Shown: positions 1 through 7,480 of the stretch, piece by piece | Layout of the letters: the number at the start of each line of letters is the position of its first letter | Position numbering within the stretch: the first letter of the stretch is position 1 | IMG/VR virus record: IMGVR_UViG_3300012924_000006 | Coordinates: 1-22,221 of that record | Reading direction: 5' to 3' (one strand) | From: a virus | DNA: 22,221 nucleotides | The notes under the pieces: model-generated | Seen by the model: only the letters and a program-made list of their open reading frames with translations | Databases searched by the model: none | What the model was told of the DNA's origin: nothing | Made by a program: the position numbers and the translations under genes

Positions 1-123
1 AGCTACTTCAGGTGTGCAGTGGAACCACTGGCAGAGGTTGATAATCATCTCAGCCTCTACCAGTTCGTCCGGCTTTGTTACAACAGTTCCATCTGAAGTG
101 ACGGCATTGGGGAAATCTCGCCA
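1..123. repeat. Terminal overlap copy 1: identical to 22099-22221 (circular closure, unique genome length 22,098 bp)
   Basis: Direct comparison of both window ends: agctacttcaggtgtgcagtgg...ggggaaatctcgcca is 123/123 identical. The repeat lies inside coding sequence (chaperone -1 frame extension), so it looks like an assembly or circular-permutation overlap rather than a non-coding physical DTR. Confidence 0.95.
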
Positions 124-479
124 GAGGTCAAGTCTTTTCCCAGGTCTTCGTCTGCTCCAGACATACCCTGTGTCCATCCCTGGAACAGTCCAAGGATCAG
201 AGCAATCTCCTCATCAGGAAGTTCCGACAGAGGAACATCGTTCTCGTCATCATCAACCATATTCCAGGAGACAGCGTACTCGCTGATAATCTCAGCAATC
301 TTGTCTGCCAGTTCCAGAACGGCTTCTGTATCGTTGTCATCGATCTTGTCGAACTTGGTCATCAGAGGAATGAGAGTCTTGAATGTCTTGATCTTGAGTG
401 CCTTCATGACAACCTCAAGTCCATCATAATCACCATCGAACTTGACAGTGACAGTAGTGATCTTACGCTTGTAAGACAT
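78..479 (-). CDS. Tail assembly chaperone (gpG-like), 133 aa, zero-frame product
   Basis: Acidic small protein directly upstream (across the circular junction) of the tape measure gene. Strong RBS AGGAG attactact ATG. Contains a slippery heptamer near its 3' end with an open -1 frame downstream. Confidence 0.8.
   Translation of the reverse strand: MSYKRKITTVTVKFDGDYDGLEVVMKALKIKTFKTLIPLMTKFDKIDDNDTEAVLELADKIAEIISEYAVSWNMVDDDENDVPLSELPDEEIALILGLFQGWTQGMSGADEDLGKDLTSGEISPMPSLQMELL
135..141 (-). promoter_or_regulatory. Programmed -1 ribosomal frameshift slippery heptamer G GGA AAA (X XXY YYZ) in the chaperone gene
   Basis: Plus strand ttttccc = minus strand GGGAAAA. Phase checked: codons CTG(143-141) GGA(140-138) AAA(137-135) are L113 G114 K115 of the 78..479 ORF. 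The -1 frame from here stays open for 81 codons and stops at a TAA 15 nt before the tape-measure ATG. Lambda G/GT uses G GGA AAG. Confidence 0.75.
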
Positions 480-501
480 AGTAGTAATCTCCTAGAGTTT
501 C

Positions 502-924
502 TTAGGTCCAGGCAGGAATGTCACCAGAAGCAAGTGCGAAAGGCACTGCCCAGGTAAGCTCTCCTGAGTCCGAACGGGACAATGGATAGTCGGTCAACAG
601 CACTGTAAGCGCAGGAGTAACACCAAGTGAAACTCCTCCAACTGTGATATTGATCGTACGGGCAACAGCAGCAGAACCAGTGATGGTCTTGAATACGTCG
701 TGAGACTTGTTGGTGTCCGGATTGAAGGTACCGTTCATGGTTCCTGTGAAGTCAACCAGACCAAGGATGCGCTCGTATGCGTACTTGTCGATACCCGTAG
801 TCTCGATTACTCCACGTGGTGTGGCGAAATCAAGGGAACGAACGTCGTTCTTGATGTCTCGAAGTGTTGGAGTGTTGTCAGCAACTGACAGTGTAGTCCA
901 CCCCAAACCTGATTGCTTAGGCAT
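502..924 (-). CDS. Short tail-tube-like protein (140 aa), paralogue of the 243-aa major tail protein
   Basis: Start moved to the internal ATG at 924 (MPKQSGLG...), 1 nt after the upstream stop (926-928). Shares MPKQSGLG N-terminus, DKYAYER vs NKYAYER, a G-L..(I/F)..T..FNP block and a DY....(D/S)G.LT(F/W) block with ORF 1398..2129. Confidence 0.6.
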   Translation of the reverse strand: MPKQSGLGWTTLSVADNTPTLRDIKNDVRSLDFATPRGVIETTGIDKYAYERILGLVDFTGTMNGTFNPDTNKSHDVFKTITGSAAVARTINITVGGVSLGVTPALTVLLTDYPLSRSDSGELTWAVPFALASGDIPAWT

Positions 925-925
925 A

Positions 926-1378
926 TCAGTCTCTTTTCTCGATAGCGGAAATAATCTTGTCCTGAACCTCGGCAAACTCTTCTACCCAGAACTCAGGCTT
1001 GGTGTGGGTACGTGTTGCTGTACCCTTTGGATTCCCTCTGTGATCTCCACCCTTTACGATGAAGAGTTCAGGCTTATCCAGTCTCTTTGTATGTTCTCCC
1101 ATGCAACGCGTGCCCGGTGGATACTCAAAGATTGTCATCCCGAATTCATCGCGTGATTCCTTGGGTGATCTTTGAGTATCCTTTCTCAGAGCTACGGCAT
1201 TCTGCTGTCCAATAACCTTGGCCTCATCCACAGATACCTTAAAGCCTCTTGCCTGATATGGACAGTTGACTTCTTCGCATGTGGCTGGTGCCCAGTGTGA
1301 AGACTTTGGAGCACGGATACCAAAAGTGGTGTATAGAGATGCCGGACCATTTACCGGCATTCTGTTAAGTTCTCGCAT
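926..1378 (-). CDS. Basic Cys/His-containing protein of unknown function (150 aa) inserted between the two tube paralogues
   Basis: Long ORF with strong RBS AGGAG attactaca ATG. Motifs HWAPATCEEVNCP and TRCMGEH (possible metal site) and GGDHRGNP. No family recognised by eye. Confidence 0.6.
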   Translation of the reverse strand: MRELNRMPVNGPASLYTTFGIRAPKSSHWAPATCEEVNCPYQARGFKVSVDEAKVIGQQNAVALRKDTQRSPKESRDEFGMTIFEYPPGTRCMGEHTKRLDKPELFIVKGGDHRGNPKGTATRTHTKPEFWVEEFAEVQDKIISAIEKRD

Positions 1379-1397
1379 TGTAGTAATCTCCTTATGG

Positions 1398-2129
1398 TTA
1401 ATCAGCTAGGACAACGTATTCATTCTTTACCAGATTAACTGCAAAGGTAATGGATGAGAAAGTCCCTGCTGTAGTTGATACTCTGACGTATCGATTGAGC
1501 TGTTCAGTAGCAGTACCCAGGGCCTTGCGCTCAGAGGTCACTCCAGTTACAGAAGTAAAGGAAGCAACAGTAGCAAAGGTCAGATTATCTGCACTGTCTT
1601 CTACTGTAATTGTACAGTTAGTACCCGTGAAGGCGGTAACGTGCAGATATCCCTGTGCTCCAAAAGACTTCGATGCAAGAGTATCAATGGCAGTTCCATT
1701 GGTAGCCGTGACATCAGTACGTAGTCCTGCGGTTAGCGCTCTTCCCCAGTCCAGGCCATGAGCGTTTGACTGGGCATTAACGGAGAAGGTCAGTGCTCCG
1801 TCATCCGCTCTGTTCCCTGTGTAGTCAATCTGCTTTGCTACCAGTGAAGCTGCTGGAGATCCCAGTGTAGTTCCACGAAGATAGGTAAGCAGTACATCTG
1901 TGTAAGGAAGAGCGGATAGTGGAACATGCTCTCCAGTCGGATTGAACAGAGTAGTGAACTCAATGTTACCCGTGCGAAGTCCGCCTTGTCTTTCATAGGC
2001 GTACTTGTTGATAGCAGTGAAGTCCAGTGTTGAGATGCTTCCACTGATAGTACTCAGTGCGTTGACATCTCCTGAAAGATCATAGGAGCCAACATAGAAA
2101 TTGTCTCCTAGACCACTTTGCTTTGGCAT
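1398..2129 (-). CDS. Major tail (tube) protein, long form, 243 aa, with extra C-terminal beta-rich domain
   Basis: Lies between the tail terminator and the chaperone/TMP. RBS AAGGAG tcaat ATG. Gly/Thr/Ser-rich beta composition. The N-terminal ~140 aa are paralogous to ORF 502..924, and the C-terminal ~100 aa are an extra (decoration or Ig-like?) domain. Confidence 0.7.
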   Translation of the reverse strand: MPKQSGLGDNFYVGSYDLSGDVNALSTISGSISTLDFTAINKYAYERQGGLRTGNIEFTTLFNPTGEHVPLSALPYTDVLLTYLRGTTLGSPAASLVAKQIDYTGNRADDGALTFSVNAQSNAHGLDWGRALTAGLRTDVTATNGTAIDTLASKSFGAQGYLHVTAFTGTNCTITVEDSADNLTFATVASFTSVTGVTSERKALGTATEQLNRYVRVSTTAGTFSSITFAVNLVKNEYVVLAD

Positions 2130-2138
2130 ATTGACTCC

Positions 2139-2588
2139 TTAGTCTACTTCTTCCCATACGTCATTGACGATTAGAGGAAGAGTGATTTCCATTACTCGGT
2201 AAAGCTGTTCGTCAATCTTGACGTATCCAGCAATTGTGGAGAGTTCTTCTCCATGTGCTCCACCAATATCAATCATTCGTACAGTATCACCGAGAGTGAA
2301 GTCTCCATTGAGTCTTCCCATCACAGCGTCAAGAGCCTTAATGAGATAAGCCTCGGAATCATCACGTGGAAGATTATTGGCAGGGTAATACAGTGCCATG
2401 GCAAATGCTACTCGTGCAGATGTGTAGTCTAGTCCACCCTGTACAAAGTTGATTCGGTCAAGTACCACACTGCACGATACACCATTACCAGGAGCATTGT
2501 CCGGTTCATGAGTATTTACAGAGTCGAAATGACCAGTTGCCTGTGCATGGCTCACAAGCTTACCCATTAGGGTATCGATATCCAGCAT
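2139..2588 (-). CDS. Putative tail terminator / tail completion protein (149 aa)
   Basis: Called from size and position immediately upstream of the major tail protein and downstream of the gp10-like neck protein. RBS AGGAG aattact ATG. No motif-level confirmation. Confidence 0.45.
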   Translation of the reverse strand: MLDIDTLMGKLVSHAQATGHFDSVNTHEPDNAPGNGVSCSVVLDRINFVQGGLDYTSARVAFAMALYYPANNLPRDDSEAYLIKALDAVMGRLNGDFTLGDTVRMIDIGGAHGEELSTIAGYVKIDEQLYRVMEITLPLIVNDVWEEVD

Positions 2589-2598
2589 AGTAATTCTC

Positions 2599-2976
2599 CT
2601 AGTCGAGTTTGCGTAGCCACTTCATACGGAATGTTCTTTCCGCAATGTTGTCTGCTCTTCCATCAATAGCATCTGCCTCATTCTCAAAGATATGATATCC
2701 ACGGAATCGAGAAGTACGATTCTTCTTCCCAATTCCTTCTAGCCAGGGGCCATAAACAATTCCCCGGTCATTAATCTCTGTACCTCTTCCAGCACTAGAG
2801 ATATGAACATTGGATTCATAATGACCTGTTGGATGTCTGAAGTGAACATGCATTCGTCTCTGGATACCACGAAGAGCTTCCTTGGCGATATCCTTCTCGG
2901 CATCCTTGGCAAAGTCATCAAAGATCTTAATGGCTCTTCCATTGAAAAGAGGACCATCATAATCAACAGTCTTCAT
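2599..2976 (-). CDS. HK97 gp10-like head-tail joining (neck) protein, 125 aa
   Basis: Motif HPTGHYESN....D....YGPWLEG is typical of the HK97 gp10 family. Its start overlaps the adaptor stop as TAATG (translational coupling). Confidence 0.65.
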   Translation of the reverse strand: MKTVDYDGPLFNGRAIKIFDDFAKDAEKDIAKEALRGIQRRMHVHFRHPTGHYESNVHISSAGRGTEINDRGIVYGPWLEGIGKKNRTSRFRGYHIFENEADAIDGRADNIAERTFRMKWLRKLD

Positions 2977-4013
2977 TAGATAGCTCTCAGTCTGCTACGT
3001 CTTCCGTAATCCAGTCGGACATTCTTACGCAGCTCTGACAGACCCTTACCTGAAGACTCTCGCATGTTGTCTCCTGTACCCACAGTACGTGCGTAAGCTG
3101 ACTGTCCTTGCATGATGGTATTCAGAGCCTCTGCGATAGCCAGTTGACGAACAGGACCAGGGAATGCGAAACGCTCTACAGCGTCTCCTGACGTGTGTGA
3201 GGCAGTGGTTGACCCATTGATACCTCTGACTACTGTGAGGCTGCGAGGAGCCCATACAGAGGCCGTCGTGTGTGCAGCCAGGACAGTACCGTCATAGGCT
3301 CTCTGTACCGTAGCCGTTGTACCTGCTACGTCAAGCACAAGCATTCTCTCAGAATCCACAAGAATGGTCTCTCCTGGATTCAGGTTTCCTGATGTCAGTC
3401 CTGTAAGGGTTACAGCATTGTTAGCGGCCGTAAGAGATACGTCATCAAGAGTATCCACCATGGCCTTATTGCTTACGTTAATCCATTCTGTACCAATACG
3501 GATCATATCTCCCACGCCAACCTGAGACGAATCGTCAATTGGAATAGCAGTTACCGAGCTGTTGACAGTGGCAGTAATCGTTGTTGCAGCATCCCAGATA
3601 TTCTGGTAACCCCAAGTTCCTGCCACTACTGTCTGTCTCTGATGAGTAGCCTCAGCGTCAAAGTTAGCAGTAGAAGCAAGGTCAATCTCAATGCGATTGA
3701 AGGGTGGTCCCTCATTCACTGGCTCAAGGAAGTAATCGTTCGTTACGATAGTCGTTCCCCCAGAAGTCACTGAGGTAGCCGAGATCAACTGAGCAGGCTC
3801 ATCGATCCATTGTCTGTATGTAGAAGATCGACCACCATCAGGAAAGTCGAAGTATCTGGTTGTGATAGTAGGATAGAAGACTCTTCGTGTAAGGTTCTCT
3901 ACGCTACGTGTAGCTGCTTCTACAGCACGGTCAATGACACGGTCCATTCGAGTAGCTGTCTTGATGTCGAGAGATTCCTTTACGTCCTCTCTTGTGCAAT
4001 AAGTGATTCCCAT
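2976..4013 (-). CDS. Head-tail adaptor (gp6-like connector) enlarged by an internal insertion, ~345 aa
   Basis: N-terminus ITYCTREDVKESL... is typical of gp6-like adaptors. The ATG at 4013 is preceded by GAGGGAG ttccaa; the track start at 4028 is a TTG inside that RBS. The central ~150 aa carry two copies of a G(D/E).I.(I/V)..E.(I/M).V motif, the second followed by V.RA.DGT..A.H. Confidence 0.6.
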   Translation of the reverse strand: MGITYCTREDVKESLDIKTATRMDRVIDRAVEAATRSVENLTRRVFYPTITTRYFDFPDGGRSSTYRQWIDEPAQLISATSVTSGGTTIVTNDYFLEPVNEGPPFNRIEIDLASTANFDAEATHQRQTVVAGTWGYQNIWDAATTITATVNSSVTAIPIDDSSQVGVGDMIRIGTEWINVSNKAMVDTLDDVSLTAANNAVTLTGLTSGNLNPGETILVDSERMLVLDVAGTTATVQRAYDGTVLAAHTTASVWAPRSLTVVRGINGSTTASHTSGDAVERFAFPGPVRQLAIAEALNTIMQGQSAYARTVGTGDNMRESSGKGLSELRKNVRLDYGRRSRLRAI

Positions 4014-4046
4014 TTGGAACTCCCTCAATTAGTCGTTATGTATATT

Positions 4047-4211
4047 CTACAGGAAGTATTGCCAGCCATCAAAAGGACAATACAACTCGCCATTGGGACC
4101 AGTCAGTAGTGTAATACCATCATTAGGACAATCGATAGGAAGGGTAGTCTCCCAGTCGGCTTGTTCCTGTTCGGCCTCTTGATAGATAGAGATAATAGTC
4201 CAGTAGCCCAT
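4047..4211 (-). CDS. Micro-ORF, 54 aa, CPNDG...CPFDG (half zinc-ribbon-like), not in ORF track
   Basis: Hand translation: MGYWTIISIYQEAEQEQADWETTLPIDCPNDGITLLTGPNGELYCPFDGWQYFL. Strong RBS TAAGGAG aaagcta ATG. Fills an otherwise empty 250-nt gap in a tightly packed operon. Confidence 0.5.
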   Translation of the reverse strand: MGYWTIISIYQEAEQEQADWETTLPIDCPNDGITLLTGPNGELYCPFDGWQYFL

Positions 4212-4230
4212 TAGCTTTCTCCTTATACGA

Positions 4231-4272
4231 GTAAAGGCCGTACCGCATATTGATATACGATACGGCCTTTAC
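4231..4272 (-). terminator. Hairpin after ORF 4281..4739 (12-bp stem GTAAAGGCCGTA / TACGGCCTTTAC, 18-nt loop)
   Basis: Perfect inverted repeat 4231-4242 / 4261-4272, beginning 8 nt after the stop codon. No U-tract follows on the minus strand, so it may be an attenuator or stability element rather than a full terminator. Confidence 0.45.
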
Positions 4273-4280
4273 GAATTGGA

Positions 4281-4739
4281 TTAGGCAGCTACAAGAGTAG
4301 CGCCATCTGTCAGAGGAATCCATGTCACGTTAAACGTGATAGCTCCATCTGCGGACAAAGCTCCTACGAACTCAATCTGTCCTGTGGTTACCACTGTGTC
4401 AAGACGTACTTGTCCACCACCAAGGAAGGCAGGGGCTACAGTAGTTCCATGAGTCAGACCAAGAGTAGATCCTACAGAAACATCGGTGGCACCAAGAGCT
4501 GTAGCCGTAACTAGAGTCGTAGTGTCACCAGCAGTAGGATTCTGCTGTAGAGCATATGTACCAGTTGCGTTGGTAAGCGCAGTAGTTACCAGGCCATAGA
4601 CGCTGGTAATCATTACTTCGCCACCAGCAATAGTGAAGAGCGGAGTCGTAGGGTTACCGGAGATAGCTCCAGTAGCCTTGGATGCCGGACGTCCTAGTGC
4701 GATGTCTCTTACCTGAGAACCCTGAATCATTACAGTCAT
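4281..4739 (-). CDS. Unknown Gly/Thr/Ala-rich protein, 152 aa (probable virion, head-associated)
   Basis: Strong RBS AAGGAG cctgac ATG. Sits between the capsid gene and the adaptor. Beta-rich composition. No family recognised. Confidence 0.6.
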   Translation of the reverse strand: MTVMIQGSQVRDIALGRPASKATGAISGNPTTPLFTIAGGEVMITSVYGLVTTALTNATGTYALQQNPTAGDTTTLVTATALGATDVSVGSTLGLTHGTTVAPAFLGGGQVRLDTVVTTGQIEFVGALSADGAITFNVTWIPLTDGATLVAA

Positions 4740-4749
4740 GTCAGGCTCC

Positions 4750-5175
4750 TTATACGATCAGAGATGGTAGGTTGGCAGGTGTGCGCTGTGGGTGAAGCTT
4801 AGTCACAATAGCTGTAACCGTACCTGTAGAGGTAGATGCACAGCTTACGAAGGTCTTGCCATCGGATAGCTGCTCAGCATTGATAGTGATAGCGACACAG
4901 TCAGCGGATGCTACATAAGCAGATCCTACAGCCTGAGTAACCTTGGTCCAAGCTCCGCCAATACCGTTAGATGTGTATACATCAGTGATCTTGGCAAGTA
5001 CAGCAGAACCAGATCCACCAGCAACGGCTGCTTCACTGACTGTGTAGGTGTCTCCACCAGACTTGTAACCAATGAAAGTAACGCATTCTCCAGCCTTCAA
5101 GTTAACGAAGACAGCATCCGCTACCTGTACTACATTGAAATCACGCCCTACGGCGGTTCCATTTGTTCCGGCCAT
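4750..5175 (-). CDS. Unknown protein, 141 aa, immediately downstream of the major capsid gene (possible decoration or cement protein)
   Basis: Very strong RBS AAGGAGG ccatt ATG. Position and beta-rich composition only. Confidence 0.6.
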   Translation of the reverse strand: MAGTNGTAVGRDFNVVQVADAVFVNLKAGECVTFIGYKSGGDTYTVSEAAVAGGSGSAVLAKITDVYTSNGIGGAWTKVTQAVGSAYVASADCVAITINAEQLSDGKTFVSCASTSTGTVTAIVTKLHPQRTPANLPSLIV

Positions 5176-5219
5176 AATGGCCTCCTTGTCTATTCTTAAT
5201 AGGGGGTTTATTGCCTATT

Positions 5220-5257
5220 AGAAAAGAAGGGAATAGGGTTTGAATGCTATTCCCTTC
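5220..5257 (-). terminator. Rho-independent terminator/attenuator directly after the major capsid gene
   Basis: Minus strand reads GAAGGGAATAG cattcaaacc CTATTCCCTTC TTTTCT. The 11-bp perfect stem is 5226-5236 / 5247-5257 with a 10-nt loop and a following T-run, starting 11 nt after the MCP stop. Confidence 0.7.
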
Positions 5258-5268
5258 TCGACTAATTC

Positions 5269-6591
5269 TTAGCGAGCACCAAGCTTAACAACTGGGCTAA
5301 GCGCTGGTCCATTGTTCTTAGGTGTGATTGCACTGTTCAGCCACAGCTTACCATCCACACGAGAGATTACCTTGAAGGCAGTCTCGTCAGTCTGGAACTT
5401 GAAGTGAGGAGAAGAAGTGGCAGTCATCATCTGACGATCACCGATAAGGTAGTACTTGAGGTCAACGAAGGTAAGGTCACCAGCGTCTCCCAGCTTAGGA
5501 GCCTTCTCAGTGAAGATTACTGGACGGCCAAGGATCGTCATAGGAGGACCCTGTACACCGTTGTTCAGCCATACAGCAGATCCACCAGTACCAACAGACA
5601 GAGCCATTGTTGCAAGCTCAGGGAAGGTATCAGGAGAAGCAAGCCATACAGCAGATCCCAGAGAACCAGGAAGCATACGGGCATACATCTTTACGACGTT
5701 CTCCCATACGATAGTGTCGTTTGGCTGTCCGCTTTCCTTGGTAACAGATACACCAGCGTTAGCATTGTAAAGACCCTCTGGCTGTCCAACGCCATTACCG
5801 TTAAGGAATGCGTCGTCCTCATAGAATGCCAGTGCGGCAGGGAATGAAGACTGAAGGAATGCCTCGAAAGCAATACCGTCTGCAAGAAGCTCGTTAGGAA
5901 CCTCTGTGTAGGCAGTCAGCTTGTGAGCGTCCAGTACAGTACGTGCGAATGTAGGGTTAGAAGCGGTAAGCGCTCCACTCTCCTCAGTCCAGTAAGCGGT
6001 GATTCCACCGAATACAGAGCTGACGTTGGAAGTAGAGTCAACAGATGGAAGCAGGGTACGAGGAGAACTCATAGGAATAACTGTTGCACGTGGACGAACA
6101 ACACCATTCTCAAGGCTCAGGCTTAGCAGCTCAGAGCGCATTGTCTCAGGTACAAGGAATCCACCAGAGGCTCCGTCGTTGGAGCTTACAGCGTTACGTA
6201 CGCGCTGTAGCTTAGCCATAACGTCTGGAGTACGCTCAGTGTTGTGATGAATGGTCTGGAAGTAGTCAGCTACTCCCTCGAACTCACTCTCAATCTTTGC
6301 TCCTACAGCCTTTGCGTTGAAGACAGTGGCGTTTCCACCATTACCCGGACGGAAGTTAAGAGCGTCCTTGGTAAGCTTCTGCTCGTTCTTGTTAAGAGTA
6401 TCGAAGAGAATGGACTTTACCTGTGTGTCGATCTGCTCAGTAATGGTCTCGTCCTTGGTACGGACAGCAGTTCCATATGCCTTGACAGCCTCTCCTAGCT
6501 GACCGTTCTGGACCAGCTCACCTGCCTTGGCAGAATCGGACAGCATGTCAAGAAGCTCAGACTGAGTAGTCGGAATTACTAGCTTAGACAT
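5269..6591 (-). CDS. Major capsid protein, HK97 fold, with N-terminal delta (scaffold-like) domain, 440 aa
   Basis: SGGFLVPE motif, FLNGNGVGQPEG, ILGRPVIFTEK and overall HK97-family pattern. Helical N-terminal ~120 aa. Follows a ClpP-like protease. RBS AAGGAGG gtttta ATG. Confidence 0.95.
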   Translation of the reverse strand: MSKLVIPTTQSELLDMLSDSAKAGELVQNGQLGEAVKAYGTAVRTKDETITEQIDTQVKSILFDTLNKNEQKLTKDALNFRPGNGGNATVFNAKAVGAKIESEFEGVADYFQTIHHNTERTPDVMAKLQRVRNAVSSNDGASGGFLVPETMRSELLSLSLENGVVRPRATVIPMSSPRTLLPSVDSTSNVSSVFGGITAYWTEESGALTASNPTFARTVLDAHKLTAYTEVPNELLADGIAFEAFLQSSFPAALAFYEDDAFLNGNGVGQPEGLYNANAGVSVTKESGQPNDTIVWENVVKMYARMLPGSLGSAVWLASPDTFPELATMALSVGTGGSAVWLNNGVQGPPMTILGRPVIFTEKAPKLGDAGDLTFVDLKYYLIGDRQMMTATSSPHFKFQTDETAFKVISRVDGKLWLNSAITPKNNGPALSPVVKLGAR

Positions 6592-7480
6592 TAAAACCCT
6601 CCTTTAGGGCTCGAATTAGGGATTCAGTATCAATAGCGTCCGAGATCTGAATCCCGAACTTCTTGGCTGCCTTCTTGATTTTGGTCTTGATAGTAGCCAA
6701 TTGTTCTGAAGAATACTTTGATGCATTCTCAGACTTGTTGATGTACGACCATGCGGAACGTACATGCTCTTCGTTATCTACAGGATAGCGCTTTTGTCCA
6801 TCCTCTTGATAACCCGGATCAGCGTACTCGACATCTCCATAAGGTTCTGTCTTTGGCTTATCCGCATTCTTTGGTGCAGGAGCAAAGGAGCGACCTGCGT
6901 AGTTGAAGATCTGTAGATCCGATACATTACGGAATGCCTTCTTAGAGGTAACAACCTCATCAGCCAGTCCTACAGCTACAGCTTCCTCTGCTGAGTACCA
7001 GGTCTCGTCTCTCATAGCGTTACGCCATGTACCGATATCTCCACCAGCACGCTCCGCATACACAGAGGCGATGTTGTTAGAGGCACGGTCGAGAGTATCA
7101 ACCATACGTACGAGATCAGCAGCATTGCCTTGTAGCTGTACATGACCATCATGGATCATGAACTCAGCATTCTTAGCCATACGTACCTTGTCTCCTGCCA
7201 TTGCGATGACAGAAGCAATAGACGCAGCAAGCGCATCTACAGTTACCGTTACTTCAGCGGGATGTTCCTTCAATGCCTGGTAAATAGCGAATCCCTGGAA
7301 TACCTCACCGCCTACTGAATTGATATGTACATCTAGTTTATCAGACTTAATGGCATTCAGTTCATTCATAAAATCTTGTGCCGAAATGCCGTACCCACCC
7401 ACCTCATCATAGAGATAGATGGAAGGAGTGGCATCAGCCTTGTTGGTAATCTCATACCACTTGGTCATCTGGTTCTCCAT
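6584..7480 (-). CDS. Prohead (head maturation) serine protease, ClpP/S14-like, with conserved C-terminal extension, 298 aa
   Basis: INSVGGEVFQGFAIYQAL...AASIASVIAMAGD...MIHDGH is a ClpP-like catalytic core. The C-terminal YADPGYQEDGQKRYP...HVRSAWSYI segment recurs in phage protease/scaffold proteins. An alternative start at 7468 (MTKWYEI) has GGAG 6 nt upstream. Confidence 0.9.
   Translation of the reverse strand: MENQMTKWYEITNKADATPSIYLYDEVGGYGISAQDFMNELNAIKSDKLDVHINSVGGEVFQGFAIYQALKEHPAEVTVTVDALAASIASVIAMAGDKVRMAKNAEFMIHDGHVQLQGNAADLVRMVDTLDRASNNIASVYAERAGGDIGTWRNAMRDETWYSAEEAVAVGLADEVVTSKKAFRNVSDLQIFNYAGRSFAPAPKNADKPKTEPYGDVEYADPGYQEDGQKRYPVDNEEHVRSAWSYINKSENASKYSSEQLATIKTKIKKAAKKFGIQISDAIDTESLIRALKEGFNV

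Noticed and set aside
4123-4323. 66-aa minus-strand ORF spanning the 4231-4272 hairpin
   Set aside because: It overlaps the end of ORF 4281..4739, the hairpin and the better-supported 54-aa ORF (a different frame with a strong RBS). Its sequence is Tyr/Ser/Arg-rich and implausible.
5404-6502. Multiple plus-strand ORFs antisense to the capsid gene (5404..5847, 5456..5770, 5923..6126, 5999..6247, 6244..6498, 6317..6502), and similar antisense ORFs within the portal, TerL, giant tail protein and TMP (e.g. 8002..8337, 9208..9558, 18458..18817, 19413..19682, 21188..21559)
   Set aside because: All lie opposite long ORFs with clear family-level motifs, lack RBSs, and have the Arg/Ser/Thr/Leu-rich composition typical of antisense frames.
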